Positions 12,929 through 26,638 of a stretch of 64,000 nucleotides of DNA are shown in pieces; position 1 is the stretch's first letter, and the number at the start of each line of letters is the position of its first letter. Source of the DNA: Octopus sinensis (taxonomy: Eukaryota); NCBI RefSeq assembly GCF_006345805.1, contig NC_043013.1, positions 21,018,001 to 21,082,000 on the forward strand, in the 5' to 3' direction. The notes beneath the pieces were generated by a model that worked only from the letters and a program-made list of their open reading frames with translations, did no database searches and was not told the origin of the DNA. The translations under genes and the position numbers were made by a program.

Positions 12929-13343
12929 TATTATTACAAGTAACGTAGTGAGTTGGCAGAATCATAGCTAAATGAGTTGAGTGAACAATAGCTTCTCCAG
13001 AGGCCTCTGAAGCCCCTGCATTTTAGAGTTTCAATAGGATTTTAACTACGTTTCAGTCAGTAAACTTTGTTTAAAGTTTATCCATTTCTTTTCAAAATGT
13101 GGCCAAATATTGTAAATTACTGAGTATAATACACATCAAGCTTACGTGGATGGTGTAAACACTACGGTAGTGACGTCACTTAGGCCTCGTTATTTTACAG
13201 GAACTAACATGATGTCAAGTACTTGAAATGGATTTACAAATTTACTAACGGTATGTATACTGTAATATATGAGAAATGTTATGGAGTTCAGTGCTAGTAT
13301 TTTCTTAATTTGTAAATTTTGTCTTGCCTCACAAGACTATTGG

Positions 13344-13487
13344 CCGACTTTGCCTTTCATCCTTTCGGGGTCGATAAATTAAGTACCAGTTACGCATTAG
13401 GGTCGATGTAATCGACTTAATCCCTTTGTCTGTCCTTGTTTGTCCCCTCTGTGTTTAGTCCCTTGTGGGCAATAAAGACATAAGCCT
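13344..13487 (+). mobile_element. SINE family 2, 3' fragment
   Basis: GACTTTGCCTTTCATCCTTTCGGGGTCGATAAATTAAGTACC...AATAAAGA. Confidence 0.8.
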
Positions 13488-14128
13488 GACCCTGTGAATT
13501 AAAAATGCCACACATTTTCGCAAGCTCTGTGTACTGGAGCTCTATGAAATTAAGTACCTTGCTCAAGGTCACAACACCCTAAGTAATCGAACTAATAACA
13601 TTAAGATAGTAAGCCGAATACCCTAACCACTGCGTGCTGTGTGTGTGTGTGTATTGTCGAGCAGTATATAACTAGTCAGCATGTTACCGACAGTTTCGTG
13701 CAGACTATTGCACTATCAATTATTGAAGACACTTCAGACATGCTGAACCTAATAGTATTTATTAACGATTTGTAACATTTCTTAATTGATTTTTATGTTT
13801 AGTTTGGATCAATAATGATAATCCTGCCTCCAGTAACGATTCTAACGCTCTTCGTCAGTAACTTCTGTGTTAAGTGACACCAGTAGCATGCAATGTTACA
13901 TAACAAGGATATTGTAAAGTATGTATTCCTCCTCATTCGATTAAAAATTGTTTAACGATTAACTCCTGTCTTAGTTACTTCACTGTACAATATTTTTCTG
14001 TTGACTTTCGCTGTGTATTTTACTGTTAGAACTTCCATAGTTAATCTAATTTTATTGAGGAATGCTTTATGGGGTGGTGATAGTAATTATTGATGAATTT
14101 CTGACTAGTTTTGTTTTGTTTTGTGTTC

Positions 14129-14131
<3 letters not shown>

Positions 14132-14216
<85 letters not shown>

Positions 14217-14267
14217 GTAGAAGAAGAAGAAGAAGAAGAAGAAGAAGAAGAAGAAGAAGAAGAAGAA

Positions 14268-14310
<43 letters not shown>

Positions 14311-14325
14311 GTGATGATGATGGTG
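14132..14325. repeat. Compound (TAA)n(GAA)n(GAT)n microsatellite
   Basis: Direct inspection. Confidence 0.97.
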
Positions 14326-14382
14326 ATAACTGTTTTTTCTTTGCACATGATTGCTATTGGAAATTTCCTTTATTAGAAATTT

Positions 14383-14385
14383 GTT

Positions 14386-14426
<41 letters not shown>

Positions 14427-14885
14427 CTCTCTCTCACTCTCACTCACTTTCTCATTTTCTCTCTTCTCTCTTTCGCTCTCTCTCTCTCTCTTTCTGACTC
14501 TCTCACTCTCTGTTTTTCTCTCTCTCTCGCTCTCACTCTCTATCTCTCTCTCTCTCTTTCTGACTCTCTCACTCTCTGTTTTTTCTCTCTCTCTTTCTCG
14601 CCCTCACTCTCTCTCTATTTTTCTCTCTCTCTCCTCTCTTTCGCTCTCTCTCTTTCTTTCTTTTTTTCTCTCATTTTCTCTCTCTCGCTCTCTCTCTCTC
14701 TCTCTTTCGCTCTCTCTCTCTCTCTCTTTCTGACTATCTCACTCTCTGTTTTTTCTCTCTCTTTCTTGCCATCACTCTCTCTCTCTATTTTTCTCTCTTT
14801 CTCTCTTTTTTCTCTCATTTTCTCTCTCTCTCTCCCTCTCTCTCTCTCTCCGCCTCTCTCTCTCTCTCTCTCCATCTCTCTCTCA
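14383..14885. repeat. ~500-bp polypyrimidine (CT)n tract with higher-order repeats
   Basis: TTTCTGACT(C/A)TCTCACTCTCTGTTTTT recurs three times. Confidence 0.93.
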
Positions 14886-15368
14886 TATGCAACTTCTGGC
14901 ATGATTCTACATACGACACTATTAAAACGTTGAAAGAAAATTTGCATAAACGCAGTAAACGTTGTAATTCTTGTCCCATCCATTGCAACGTTCTGCATTC
15001 TATATTCTCTCCTGCATGGAGCTTGGAGATTACATGGACCAGTGAATCAAACCGTAAATTATCTGCTGAAATTATATGTTACAACCTGTTTGTTAGAGAT
15101 AATATTGACTATTGATGTTTAATACACATTTACGAAATGATTCGTTACAATTCATTACACACATATATTTATATATACAGATAACTAGATTTATATACCG
15201 TATGTACGGTGGGCCGAGGTTCCATGGATGTTAGAGTATGCGTATGTTTATGATGGATGTATAATTGTCTTCAAATATAAATATTCATATATGTATGTAT
15301 ATAAATATATACGTATAACTATTTATGTATATATATATAAGGAAAAACACTTATACATATATAGTTAA

Positions 15369-15416
<48 letters not shown>

Positions 15417-15582
15417 AAACACAGATATACATATACAGTTAGATGTATATATATATATATATACGCATGGATGTATTCATAACAGTACGAATTAAGCAGT
15501 TAATTTATGTATGTTAAATAATTCATATCTATATAAATATATGTATGTGGGTGTTATGCTTGTGTGTGTGCATGTATGTGTG

Positions 15583-15663
<81 letters not shown>

Positions 15664-16025
15664 AACACATAGTTACACATATGTGTATATATATATACTT
15701 ATGTATGTGTTTACGTATATTTAAGTGCGAGTGAATGTTATGGATACAAGCAATGCCGAATGGTTATGGAATGTACTTATCAACCATGAGGTCTCAGTTT
15801 TGGAATATAGCTTTGGATGTATTCAGGTCTTGTGGGTAAAATTAGGTGGAGACGGAAACTGTATTGAAGGCCATTTGAGAAATATGGCTGTGATTTAATA
15901 GTTCTGCCCTAGGACCGGGAATTACGATTAATGTGGTGGTAGTTCAGTTTAGCGAACAACTGAATGCTCATAGTCGAAACCGACAGAGACTCCGTGAAAT
16001 ATGAATAGATGTGCTGGAGTATGTA

Positions 16026-16246
<221 letters not shown>

Positions 16247-16852
16247 GAAAGTATGTTATAATTACGTAGAGTTACATAAAGCAATCAATATGCACAACTG
16301 CATGCATAAAATATATTAAATATTTATGTATATTATTACATTTGTTTGTGCTTATATACATATAGTATACACACCTAACGATACGCAACGAACACAGAAT
16401 AATCGGAAATCGCCTGACTGTGAATCATGATAAATCAATATCGATCAGTGGGATATCAATTATCAGTTATTAATATATTATTATTAATATACAATGCTAC
16501 GCTAGAATTGCAATATCGTTGTAGTCGAGTCGATAAGGTATATTGCTTCTATTTAATAGGACACTGGTTCAGATCGACATACAGTAAGACTCTTTTTTTC
16601 TTTGCGCTCCATTCTTTGTGATCTATTGATAATATCTCTTGATAAGCTGCCCAATGCAAAGATTACAGCTACGTAGGGCTGTTTTGTTTAGAGTTCTGTA
16701 ATTATATGCAGTGTTTGTTTTCGTTCAGAAGGAAACAAACAATACTGTAAAGACACGCTATTGTGGAATGACTGACTCATTCGCTGAGCAAGTGAAACGA
16801 TATTCAACAAGCCTCGTTGGTCCTGTTGCTTATTTAAATGTTTACCCAAAAT

Positions 16853-17382
<530 letters not shown>

Positions 17383-19431
17383 TAGCTCAGATAACTTGGT
17401 ATGTGTAAAATATGCTGCAGTAACGTATGCAACTCAACTGTTCACTTACAATATTGTGCAATGTGATTTATTCCAAAGACAATATTACACAGTTACTTAT
17501 GTTATATTTCTGGATTAAATGTACGTTATGCCTGTCTCTGTGTTCTAACAGAAAAGATAGCCTTGGATTTATGTTAGAACACAGATACAGGCATAACGTA
17601 CATTTAATCCAGAAATATAACATAAGTAACTGCTATCCTTTCTGTTAACATAATTCCCTACCGTATTTTGAGTGCCATAGATGCGAGGTACTCTCTTATT
17701 TATTATTTGTTTTATTTAGGAAAACGGCCTGAGCGTCTTAAACGTTTTCATATTTCAAAACTATAATTCCTTGAGACAACACAGAGCTACATATCAGAAG
17801 AAAATATCATGACGAGCATTGAAGTAAAATCAGACATTTTAATCGAGTTGATTAAAGTTTCTCACTATAGAGCCATCTGCAGAGGAGTTTTTAGAAAATA
17901 TTGGCTTGTTTCATGTACTACCTGCTGTGCTTTCGTAAACGTTCGTATCAGATCTTAATTGAGTTTGTGCCAAAACTGGATTTTTCCTGTCTGCTTCCAA
18001 GGTTTATAAACATATGAAAAGTTAGTTGATTCTTAGTGTAAGCTTTAAGATGTGACTTAACTGCAGTAATTTGTAATATGATTTGCCATTTGTAATATTT
18101 TCTTAGTTGTTACTGCTAATGCAGACGAAGTTGGGGATGTTGAAGAGCAAACAAGGAAGATGGGAGCAGTGAAATAAAAATAAACTTTTGTTGGAAACTT
18201 ATTCATAGATTTCCCGAGAAAATTAGACACTTACTGGCGAATCAAAGATTTATTTCTTGCATGGATGAAAGCGTTTTGGAATTATCAACTTGAACTGCCA
18301 TCATGAGTCGCAGACTTATCTAGTTTTCCTTTGAAATAAAGTCCTTACTCCCCGTATTTACAGTAAATATAATCTCTCGACGTAATGTTGTGGGTGATTT
18401 TTTTTTAAATGTAGATTATTTTCTGTCTTTAATTTCTGTCTAGTTTCTTTAATAAATTTACATTCCAAATGAGAATAACGATTACCTATCTTTTTACTTC
18501 AGTAACAATCTTTAATCTAATGATATTATATTTTCTTAACCATTTCTAAGAATTGCGTTTACTAATTTCTCAGTAATTTTAAGTAATTTTAAGTTCCTGT
18601 TACTTCTTAATTTCTTAGATCTACTTTTATATTTATTTAACATTGATATTGCATTTCTTAATTCATTTCTAGTTTTTCAAGCTTGCATAGTACATTTTCT
18701 AGTCTAATTCATATCAAATCCTCCAGAAAGTCCATGCATTGTCTGTAGTCGTGTTTCTAGTTCTTCAACACCCTCAGTGTACAACATGAAGTTAGTCACC
18801 TACAAAAGATGTATATAAATGTTATGGATGGGCAATTAACCGAGTCAAATTGTTGAGTAAAATTCTTGGCACTAGGAACAAAACAAATTGGAAAAATGGA
18901 CACCCTTACAATATTTCTTTTTGTAAAAAATCAAAAATTAGTTTTTACAATGTTTCCTTTTGTGATAATTACAGAATAACGTATTTTTATCTGTAATATG
19001 TTTAATGTGCCTTCATAAATGGTGCTACCGCACTCAAAGGTAATGTCTCCATGATTCGCGTGTCAAACACCTTCTGCGCCTACTGTAGATTGTGGTTAAA
19101 TCCTAAAACTTCAAAACCAGCAAAGACTAGAGATACGTTAAAGTACTTTTTGCCCTTTCATTGAGCCAGTCATGTACTGCTTCTGTATTTAGTGTTTAGA
19201 TATTTCGCAAGCATCTATTCTAACAGTGGATATTATGAATGTTATCGTCTCCTGACCTCTTCCAGTTTTTGTTGTCCTTTTGTAGTATCTGGACAACATC
19301 TTGCACCAATTAACAGTCGCGGGGGAGAGTAGATCATTGCGCTTTTATTTGGAATATTTCATCCGTTCTGATTTATTTGCAGTCCACATTTTGCCTCATT
19401 GCAGAGATTTTCACAAGCAGCCAGATAGACA

Positions 19432-19504
<73 letters not shown>

Positions 19505-19532
19505 ACACAGATAGACAGACAGACAGATAGAC

Positions 19533-19610
<78 letters not shown>

Positions 19611-19810
19611 GTTTCTTTATTGGCCACACAGGGCTGCACACAGATGGGACAAGTTACAAGGTAGAGCTTTTCTTTTGGGGGATGAAGAAAACACAAAAAA
19701 GGGGGTGGCGTAGGTTTTCGATCAAGAGGGATCGTAAAAGGGAAGAAAAGAACAAAAAAACTAAATAAATAAATAAAATAAAAAAGAAAAACAATAAAAA
19801 GAAAAAAAAG
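19611..19810 (-). mobile_element. Tx1-like LINE 3'-terminal fragment embedded in (GATA)n
   Basis: Shares GTTTCTTTATT(G/A)GCCACACAGGGCTGCACACAG with 33344 and 63051; GATA arrays at 19533-19609 and 19811-19897. Confidence 0.85.
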
Positions 19811-19899
<89 letters not shown>

Positions 19900-21608
19900 G
19901 CAGACTGACAGACATTCAGATGAAAAGAATCGGTTTCAGGGGAATTCTCCATTCCTTCCGAAACAAAAATTTCAAATTCATTTCAGGATTATTATGTTAC
20001 TAGCTCGAAGTTGTTATGTACACATTGAAGTTTCTGTGAAACTACATGAAATGTGTCTGTAGGGAGATGTGAAGTACAGAAGTTCTAAAATAACAAAAGC
20101 AAATCATTAGTGCATCTGTCTCTCTGAACTACGAGTGAATGAGAAAAGAAAGCAACCACACATATGTTGAAGGAGATTTTGTTTTGCAAGACTTAAAGTG
20201 TAATTGTAGTGTTCTGAGACAATTCAAGTAGGAATCTTTCAGCTAAACACTTAATATTGAACCAAAACAAGATTTATTGTAAATTCTGAATGATTAGGAG
20301 TTGACAGAAACTGCAGAGTGTATTACATTAATAGAATGGTTACAGAATTTATTGTATTGTAAAGTCCTGGGTTTAGTATTTACTAGAACCGAAGTTGCCG
20401 TCGCTCGTCAGTCAATAAAATGGTTAACATTGGTGACTTGAAGTGTTTCCCTTTGCTATAGTCTACGCTTCCCCAAATTGCCCCTTTAATTGCTGACAGC
20501 ACTGTTCTAATTATCAAACATCATGTGTTGAGTAAAGCAACAAAACCGTTGGACTAAATGCTGAGATTTCTCTTCTGTTTGTTGTTATTGTGTTCATTGT
20601 TGTTTAGTCACAGATTAAACTGTTACTCTTCTTGCTTAGTCACGCGTCTGCACTGATGGATCAGACATAATCAAAGACATTACAAACGTGACTGACCCAT
20701 CTTTTCCTTTTAGCATTTAATTTCATTATCTGCTGTATTGTGTTTTAGAGGATTGTAAGTGATTTAAGGAAGATCTGGTTGTTATTAGTGGCAAGTAGAG
20801 TAACCACGTAGAGGCATTTCCTTGGCTTACTATTTTTTGACGTCAAACAGCGCTCTTATCTACTATTTAGTAAAGAGAATAGAATATTATTTCTGTCCTC
20901 AGAAACTGGCCTAGAAATACTTTTATCTACGGTGATATATGTATTTTTGATTCAGTTTTGCATCCACTTCTGATGTACTTGGCAAGGTTGTGAACACCAT
21001 ACAAATTTTGGAGTATATATTATATGGACTTGTACAGAGACAGACATTAATATTTAGGAACACTTGCAAGTGCATTTAAGTAGGGAATAATGTTATGAAG
21101 CAAGTAAAACAAAACAAAATATACATTTTACATAATCTAGTAAGTGTCAATGTTGATTGGATGGTTTGTTGGTTTCTCGGTTGCTTGATTTCTCCGGGTA
21201 CGCTTAACATCGTATAGAGACGTTGGGATATGGCAAGAGAGAGAGACACACACAGAGGGTTAACATAAGGATAGGTGAGTGTTACGCAGAAGGCAATGAG
21301 TAAAGGAACAAATCCCAGAAATAGAGGAGGAGAAAAAAGGGAATGAGAATATGCATATATGTGCATATATATATATATACATATATATATATATGAGCAA
21401 TAATAAATCTCTGAGCGAGGTATAAACAGTAGCCGCACGACATCGTGAAATATATTTGCCACCAAATGTGGCTAACCCTTAAGGGTTGATACTACTGTAG
21501 CTTGTAGTCCCAAGAGGAATCTCCTCCATCTGGCTATTGACACACTATCTATGCCCTATCAGTATTTGTAAAGGGAAGTCATCCTTCCCAACTCCAGCCT
21601 GACGTGAT

Positions 21609-21655
21609 ACACAAGGACCCGAGTTTCTGAGTATTGACCCGTCATCAGCGTGTGT
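21609..21655 (-). ncRNA. Minimal type-I hammerhead ribozyme motif (Penelope-like terminus)
   Basis: Minus strand ACACACG-CTGATGA-CGGGTCAATACTCA-GAAA-C-TCGG-GTC-CTTGTGT: intact core, GUC triplet, stem I 6/7 paired; stem II weak. Confidence 0.6.
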
Positions 21656-21706
21656 CAACCACCGGTTTTCGATGAGAAGTGATTCTCAATGCAAATATAT
21701 ATATAT

Positions 21707-21800
21707 ACTTTTTCCGACAACGAAGAGTCACTGATCTCGAAAAAGTGGAAACAGGCAATAATAAATCTCTGGGGGAGGTATAAACAGTAGCCGCACGATA
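21707..21800 (+). mobile_element. Penelope-like terminal fragment with decayed hammerhead-like motif
   Basis: ACGA-A-GAG-TCACTGAT-CTC-GAAA followed by a 44-bp tail that also occurs at 21397-21440. Confidence 0.35.
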
Positions 21801-21805
21801 TACTT

Positions 21806-21840
<35 letters not shown>

Positions 21841-21891
21841 TAGATATATACACATATATATATACATACATATTATATACATGTGTATACA

Positions 21892-21922
<31 letters not shown>

Positions 21923-22109
21923 TTGTATATATATATATGCATATATATATACATATATATGAATATATATATATGTATATATATACATATGTATATATAT
22001 ATTTGTATATATATATATACAAGACCCGAGAACAATGCTTGGGAAGCAACCTTCTTACCAGATAGTCATGCCTGTACCTATGTGTATATATATATATATA
22101 TATATACAT

Positions 22110-22342
22110 AGGCAGAGGCATGACTATGTGGCATGAAGCTTGCTTCCCAAGCATGGTTCTCGGTTCTGTTGTACTGCGTGGTACCTTGGGCAAATGTCTT
22201 CTAATATAGCTTCGGGCCTAGAAAGACCTTGTGAGGTAGACAGAAACTGCAAGAAGCCCGTCATATAAGTTTGTGTGTGAGGGTGTTTGTGTGTGTGTGT
22301 GTGTGTTTGTGTGTACGTACGTGTCTTTGTTTGTCCCCCACC
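22110..22342 (+). mobile_element. SINE family 1, 5' half, diverged
   Basis: Head GGCAGAGGCATGACTATGTGG...CCTTGGGCAAATGTCTTCT; cut where mariner sequence begins. Confidence 0.75.
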
Positions 22343-23675
22343 GGCATTTCGTTAAACTTGGGAAGTCTGCTGCAGAGACATGCTCTTGCAAGCTTACAGC
22401 GTTGAGGCAATTGGCCGCACTCAATGTTTCGAGTGGCACTAGCGCTTCAAAAAGGAAGAACGTTCTTGGAAGACGATCAGAAATCTGGAAGAGCTGCCAC
22501 AACCGCCATCCCCGGAAATGTCGAGAAAACTCATCAGCTTATGCAAAAGAATCGACAGAGGAGATGAACGACATTACTGATGCTGAGTCTTATGGGTCCC
22601 TGCAGGCAATCCTAACGTCTGGATTAAACATGCGGCAAGTTCCTGCCAAATTTGTTCCTGCCTGCTAACCACCGAGCACAAAGAACATCCCATTGAAACC
22701 TGCCAAGATACGCATCCGCGTGTCGCTGATGACCCGTCCTTCATGTCAAGGAACATCACCGATGACGAGAGTTGGTTCTACGGGTAGGACCCCGAGACGA
22801 AACAGCAGTCGTCGCGATGGAAGAGCCCACGACTGATGAAGGTACGACGGAGCCGCAGCTCAATCAAAAGCATGGTCATCAGGAATTTATCTCCGAGGGC
22901 CAGACTATCAATCGAGAGTTCTACTGTGACGTTTTAAAGCGTTTGAGGAAGAACATTCGGCGAGAGCGACCGGATCTGCGGAGCGCGAAGAATTGGATTC
23001 TTCACGACGAAAAAATTCACCCTATCGCTGAGCTCTCTCCTCACTCGTGTGTTTATTGCGAAAAACATCATGGTATCGCTTCCGCACCTACCCTACTCAC
23101 CAGATTTAGCACTTTCGAAATTCCCTAAGATGAAAAGACACTTCCAAGGTCACCGTTTTAACACCGTTGTCAAGATCAGGAGCGACTCGCAAAATGGTCC
23201 TCGACTCGCTTATGGAATACGACCTCCAGGCCGGATTTCAACAGTGGAAGGTACGCTGAGACTGTTGTATTGCTGCGCAAGGTAAATAACTTATTTTTAT
23301 TAAACATAACTCTCTCTTAGACTCCGCCGGTTACGACGACGAGGGTCCCAGCTGATACGATCAACGGAACAGCTTGCTCGTGAAATTAACGTGCAAATGG
23401 CTGAGCATTCCACAGACACGTGTACCCTTAACGTAGTTCTCGGGGAAAATCAGCGTGACACAGAGAGTGACAAGGCTGACCCTTTGAAATACAAGTACAA
23501 CTCATTTTTGCCAGCTGAGTGGACTGGAGCAACGTGAAATAAAGTGTCTTGCTCAAGGACACAACGCGTCGCCGGGAATCGAACTCACAACCTTACGATC
23601 ATGAGCCGAATGCCCTAACCACTAAGCCACGCGCCCTCACTAAACATAACTAGTCCGGGAACTTTTTGATACTCG
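22343..23675 (+). mobile_element. Mariner transposon (irritans/Hsmar2-like), 5'-truncated, transposase pseudogenised, SINE nested in the 3' end
   Basis: FVKLGKSAAET, MRQVPAKFVP, ITDDESW, EFISEGQTINREFYCDVLKRLRKNIRR, NWILHD and LPHLPYSPDLA; 3' TIR ..GGAACTTTTTGATACTCG|TA. Confidence 0.88.
23311..23640 (-). mobile_element. SINE family 3 (tRNA head plus CORE-like domain), full length, 10-bp TSD
   Basis: Head GTGAGGGCGCGTGGCTTAGTGGTTAGG...GAGTTCGATTCCC; TAAACATAAC at both 23301-23310 and 23641-23650. Confidence 0.92.
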
Positions 23676-24254
23676 TATATATGTGTGTGTCTGTGTGTGT
23701 ATAAATATGTATATAAATATGTATAAAAAGTTAGATACATGAAACCAATTTTTTCAGCATTTAATTCTGTTTCACTTCTTTTTATTACCTTGAGAAAATC
23801 ACTTCGTTAACTTGGTTTCATCCACTCTAATTAATTATTCTCTTTCCTCATCTCAATCTCCCATATATTTAGACGTGCTGCTACCACATGTACTCGAAAC
23901 TTGGAGGCAAATAAACGGAGTAACAAACTCAACTTTACCTGTTGCTCCATACGGGATTAAGCAGCCGGCTTAACGTCGTGACTCCATTGGTCAAATCGGC
24001 AGAAGACAAACAGCAATAGATTCCACTTAGGCTTGTCATTAATGCTGCCAATTAACAATGGAATGGGAGGAAAGTTCCATTATGCAAACTCATCAACCTG
24101 TCAACGTATCGCTGTTGGAATTTATCAATAATCAGTGAAAGTATTCAGAGCGTTACAAGAGTTGGAAATAAGTTCATAGACCTCAATTAAGTTAAATACA
24201 CACAAATAAACAAGCAGACGGTTAAATATGTGTGTGTGTATTTGTGTGTGTGTG

Positions 24255-24302
<48 letters not shown>

Positions 24303-24425
24303 AAGCAATGCAAACAAATATATATACACAGTTATATATATACATTCTCACAAAATGGAAATATATATATAGAGGTGTCTGTGTGTACATATATATACAT
24401 GTGTGTGTGTGTGTAAAATAAATAA

Positions 24426-24483
<58 letters not shown>

Positions 24484-24874
24484 GCATACATGAGTGTATC
24501 TGTGTTGATTTAGTCTGTAAGATTTTTTGTGTAGAGGAGAGTATCCGTTGGTTTGTCGCATTTGTGTGTGATGGAAGTGAGTGTATGAGTGGATTTTTAT
24601 GAAAACGTAGAGGAGCTCAATAGGATCATCTTAATCAGCGCTTCGCAGATTCCCTTCAGCTGTTGTCCCTATTTCTTATCTACCAAATTCTAATCAATGC
24701 CACCTTATTCAAATTCAACACCCAACTGTTAACACGTCGTTTCGGCCAAAGTTAAGCACATCTCATTTCATATGTATATACCTGCGGCTATCAGCTGGAA
24801 TATGTTTTCAGATTTTGATTCTTATTTTCATTGTTATTGTCAAGCTGATTAACATTATATTCGTTAAAAGGTGT

Positions 24875-25065
24875 AAGGTGGCGAAATGGCAGAATTGTGA
24901 GGAAGCCGGACAAAACGCGTTCTCACTTCAGAACTCTATATTCTGAGTTCAAATTCCGCCGAGGTGAACTATGCCTTTCATTCTCTCGGCGTCGGTTAAA
25001 GAAAGTACCAGTTGGATGCTATTATCGATGCAATTGACTTGTCTGTCCCTTAAAATTGCTGAAAC
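24875..25065 (+). mobile_element. SINE family 2, diverged
   Basis: TTCTGAGTTCAAATTCCGCCGAGGTGAACTATGCCTTTCAT core. Confidence 0.7.
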
Positions 25066-25708
25066 CAATATTTTTTTAAATGATACTGAAAATTGGTACC
25101 CATATAAAATTTCCGCCGCCTCCAAGTAGAGTGGGTGGGTCCCGCCTACTTCGAGAAGTACTGATTTAAATGAATATTGAAATGAAAATTTAAACATCGT
25201 TTCTCCTGTATTTCATGTATTGCTATGAATCAGTATGTTTTCTATTAGTCTTTTACAAATATTATTACTTAGGTGTGGGGTAAATACATCTACATGAATT
25301 CAGCCCATAGAAAATTCAGACAAAAGCATGTGTGCATGCATACATTCATACAGACACGCCCATCAGCGAAGCGCCTTATATATTTTTATATCATACTTGT
25401 ATAGAAAATAGGTTTATAAAATTCTAATTATGGGAATATATTAAAGTATAATCCCTTTTTTATAAAAAATCGAAGTGTGTATACTATTTCCAGTAAAGCA
25501 CGCTATCATCTCGAGGATATCTCATTAGCAAGATCACCCAGGCCGGGCATAACCCATGGCCTGGCTTATCACCTTTGAGGATTTTAAATTAACACTGTAA
25601 TCTAATATGTCACATGTAAATTGCTCAGTTGTGTCGCATTTGGGAGCAAGGAGGTGTTTGTACTTGGCTGAAGATATTTTCAGAAAGCCGAATTGATTTA
25701 TTTCACAG

Positions 25709-25792
25709 TTGGGTATCAGAGATGCCTTAATACTCAGAGAATACTTACTGTGATAACAGACATAGCGTATGGCAATTCATTGCCAGCAACAG
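25709..25792 (+). CDS. Candidate 84-nt phase-1/phase-1 internal exon of an unidentified gene (xGYQRCLNTQRILTVITDIAYGNSLPATG)
   Basis: TTTATTTCACAG acceptor, CAG|GTGAC donor, open frame, phase-compatible with 26639; no homology evidence. Confidence 0.25.
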
Positions 25793-26638
25793 GTGACTGC
25801 TGATCTCTCCATTGTCAACTGCAAAACTATCAAAACCTACATCTTGTAACACCTCGTGCGTCACTCCAAATAATGACAATTCCATTTCGGGTTAATTACG
25901 TCAATATAAACATGCTAAGAATTCATGATCCATTCTGTGTCTACTTTGGGAATTTACCACAAATTTATGGAATTAATTGAAAAAGAGCTCAACTTCAGAT
26001 GTTTTATTCCCAGTAAAGTGATTGCACATTATTTATAGTTCCTGGTAATCTTATAGACCGCTTTACTGCGATTGTCACAATTTTTCTCATGTCATAATAT
26101 ACATGAGTCTAGGATACTGGAAGTAAGAAACCCCTAATCTATGTTTAAGTTAAGACCTTTGGATCCCTTACTAAAGCAGGCTCAAGGGTCATATGAGTGA
26201 ATTTAGAAAACCTAAATATTTGTAAGAACCGAGATGACCAAAGAACTGAAATCAATACAGCCCAAGTCATCACCATACTGGCCGGTTTATAGAAATATTG
26301 AGTAAACGTTTTGTGATTGCATTAAACGAAATATAGCTTCGAAACAGTTAAAAGTGTTCAAATATGAAAACTCATTTACATCGCGAGTTGAATTAAGTGT
26401 TTAGATAATTATCGTTGAGTGAAGTTCACCGTCCAACAAAAATTCAACGGTCTTATTACACCGGATGTCCTAACATATCTGTCAAGAATGTATTCGTTAC
26501 TAATCAATTGCTATAAATTTGATTTGGTGTAGTTTTTCACATCCGAGGAATATCCTAAAGATAAAGAATTTAGTAAAAGACAACGTATTGGCATATATTA
26601 CAAATTCACACCAATTTCAGATAACGTTTCGTTTTCAG

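Noticed and set aside
13171-13182. AGTGACGTCACT palindrome (CRE site)
   Set aside because: A single short motif with no supporting promoter context.
13815-13880. Signal-peptide-like MIILPPVTILTLFVSNFCVK
   Set aside because: It stops after 20 codons with only a weak donor and cannot be linked to other exons.
23560-23640. tRNA-like sequences with A and B boxes (also 3600-3672, 16853-16920)
   Set aside because: They are SINE heads continuous with SINE bodies; no full cloverleaf or tRNA gene.
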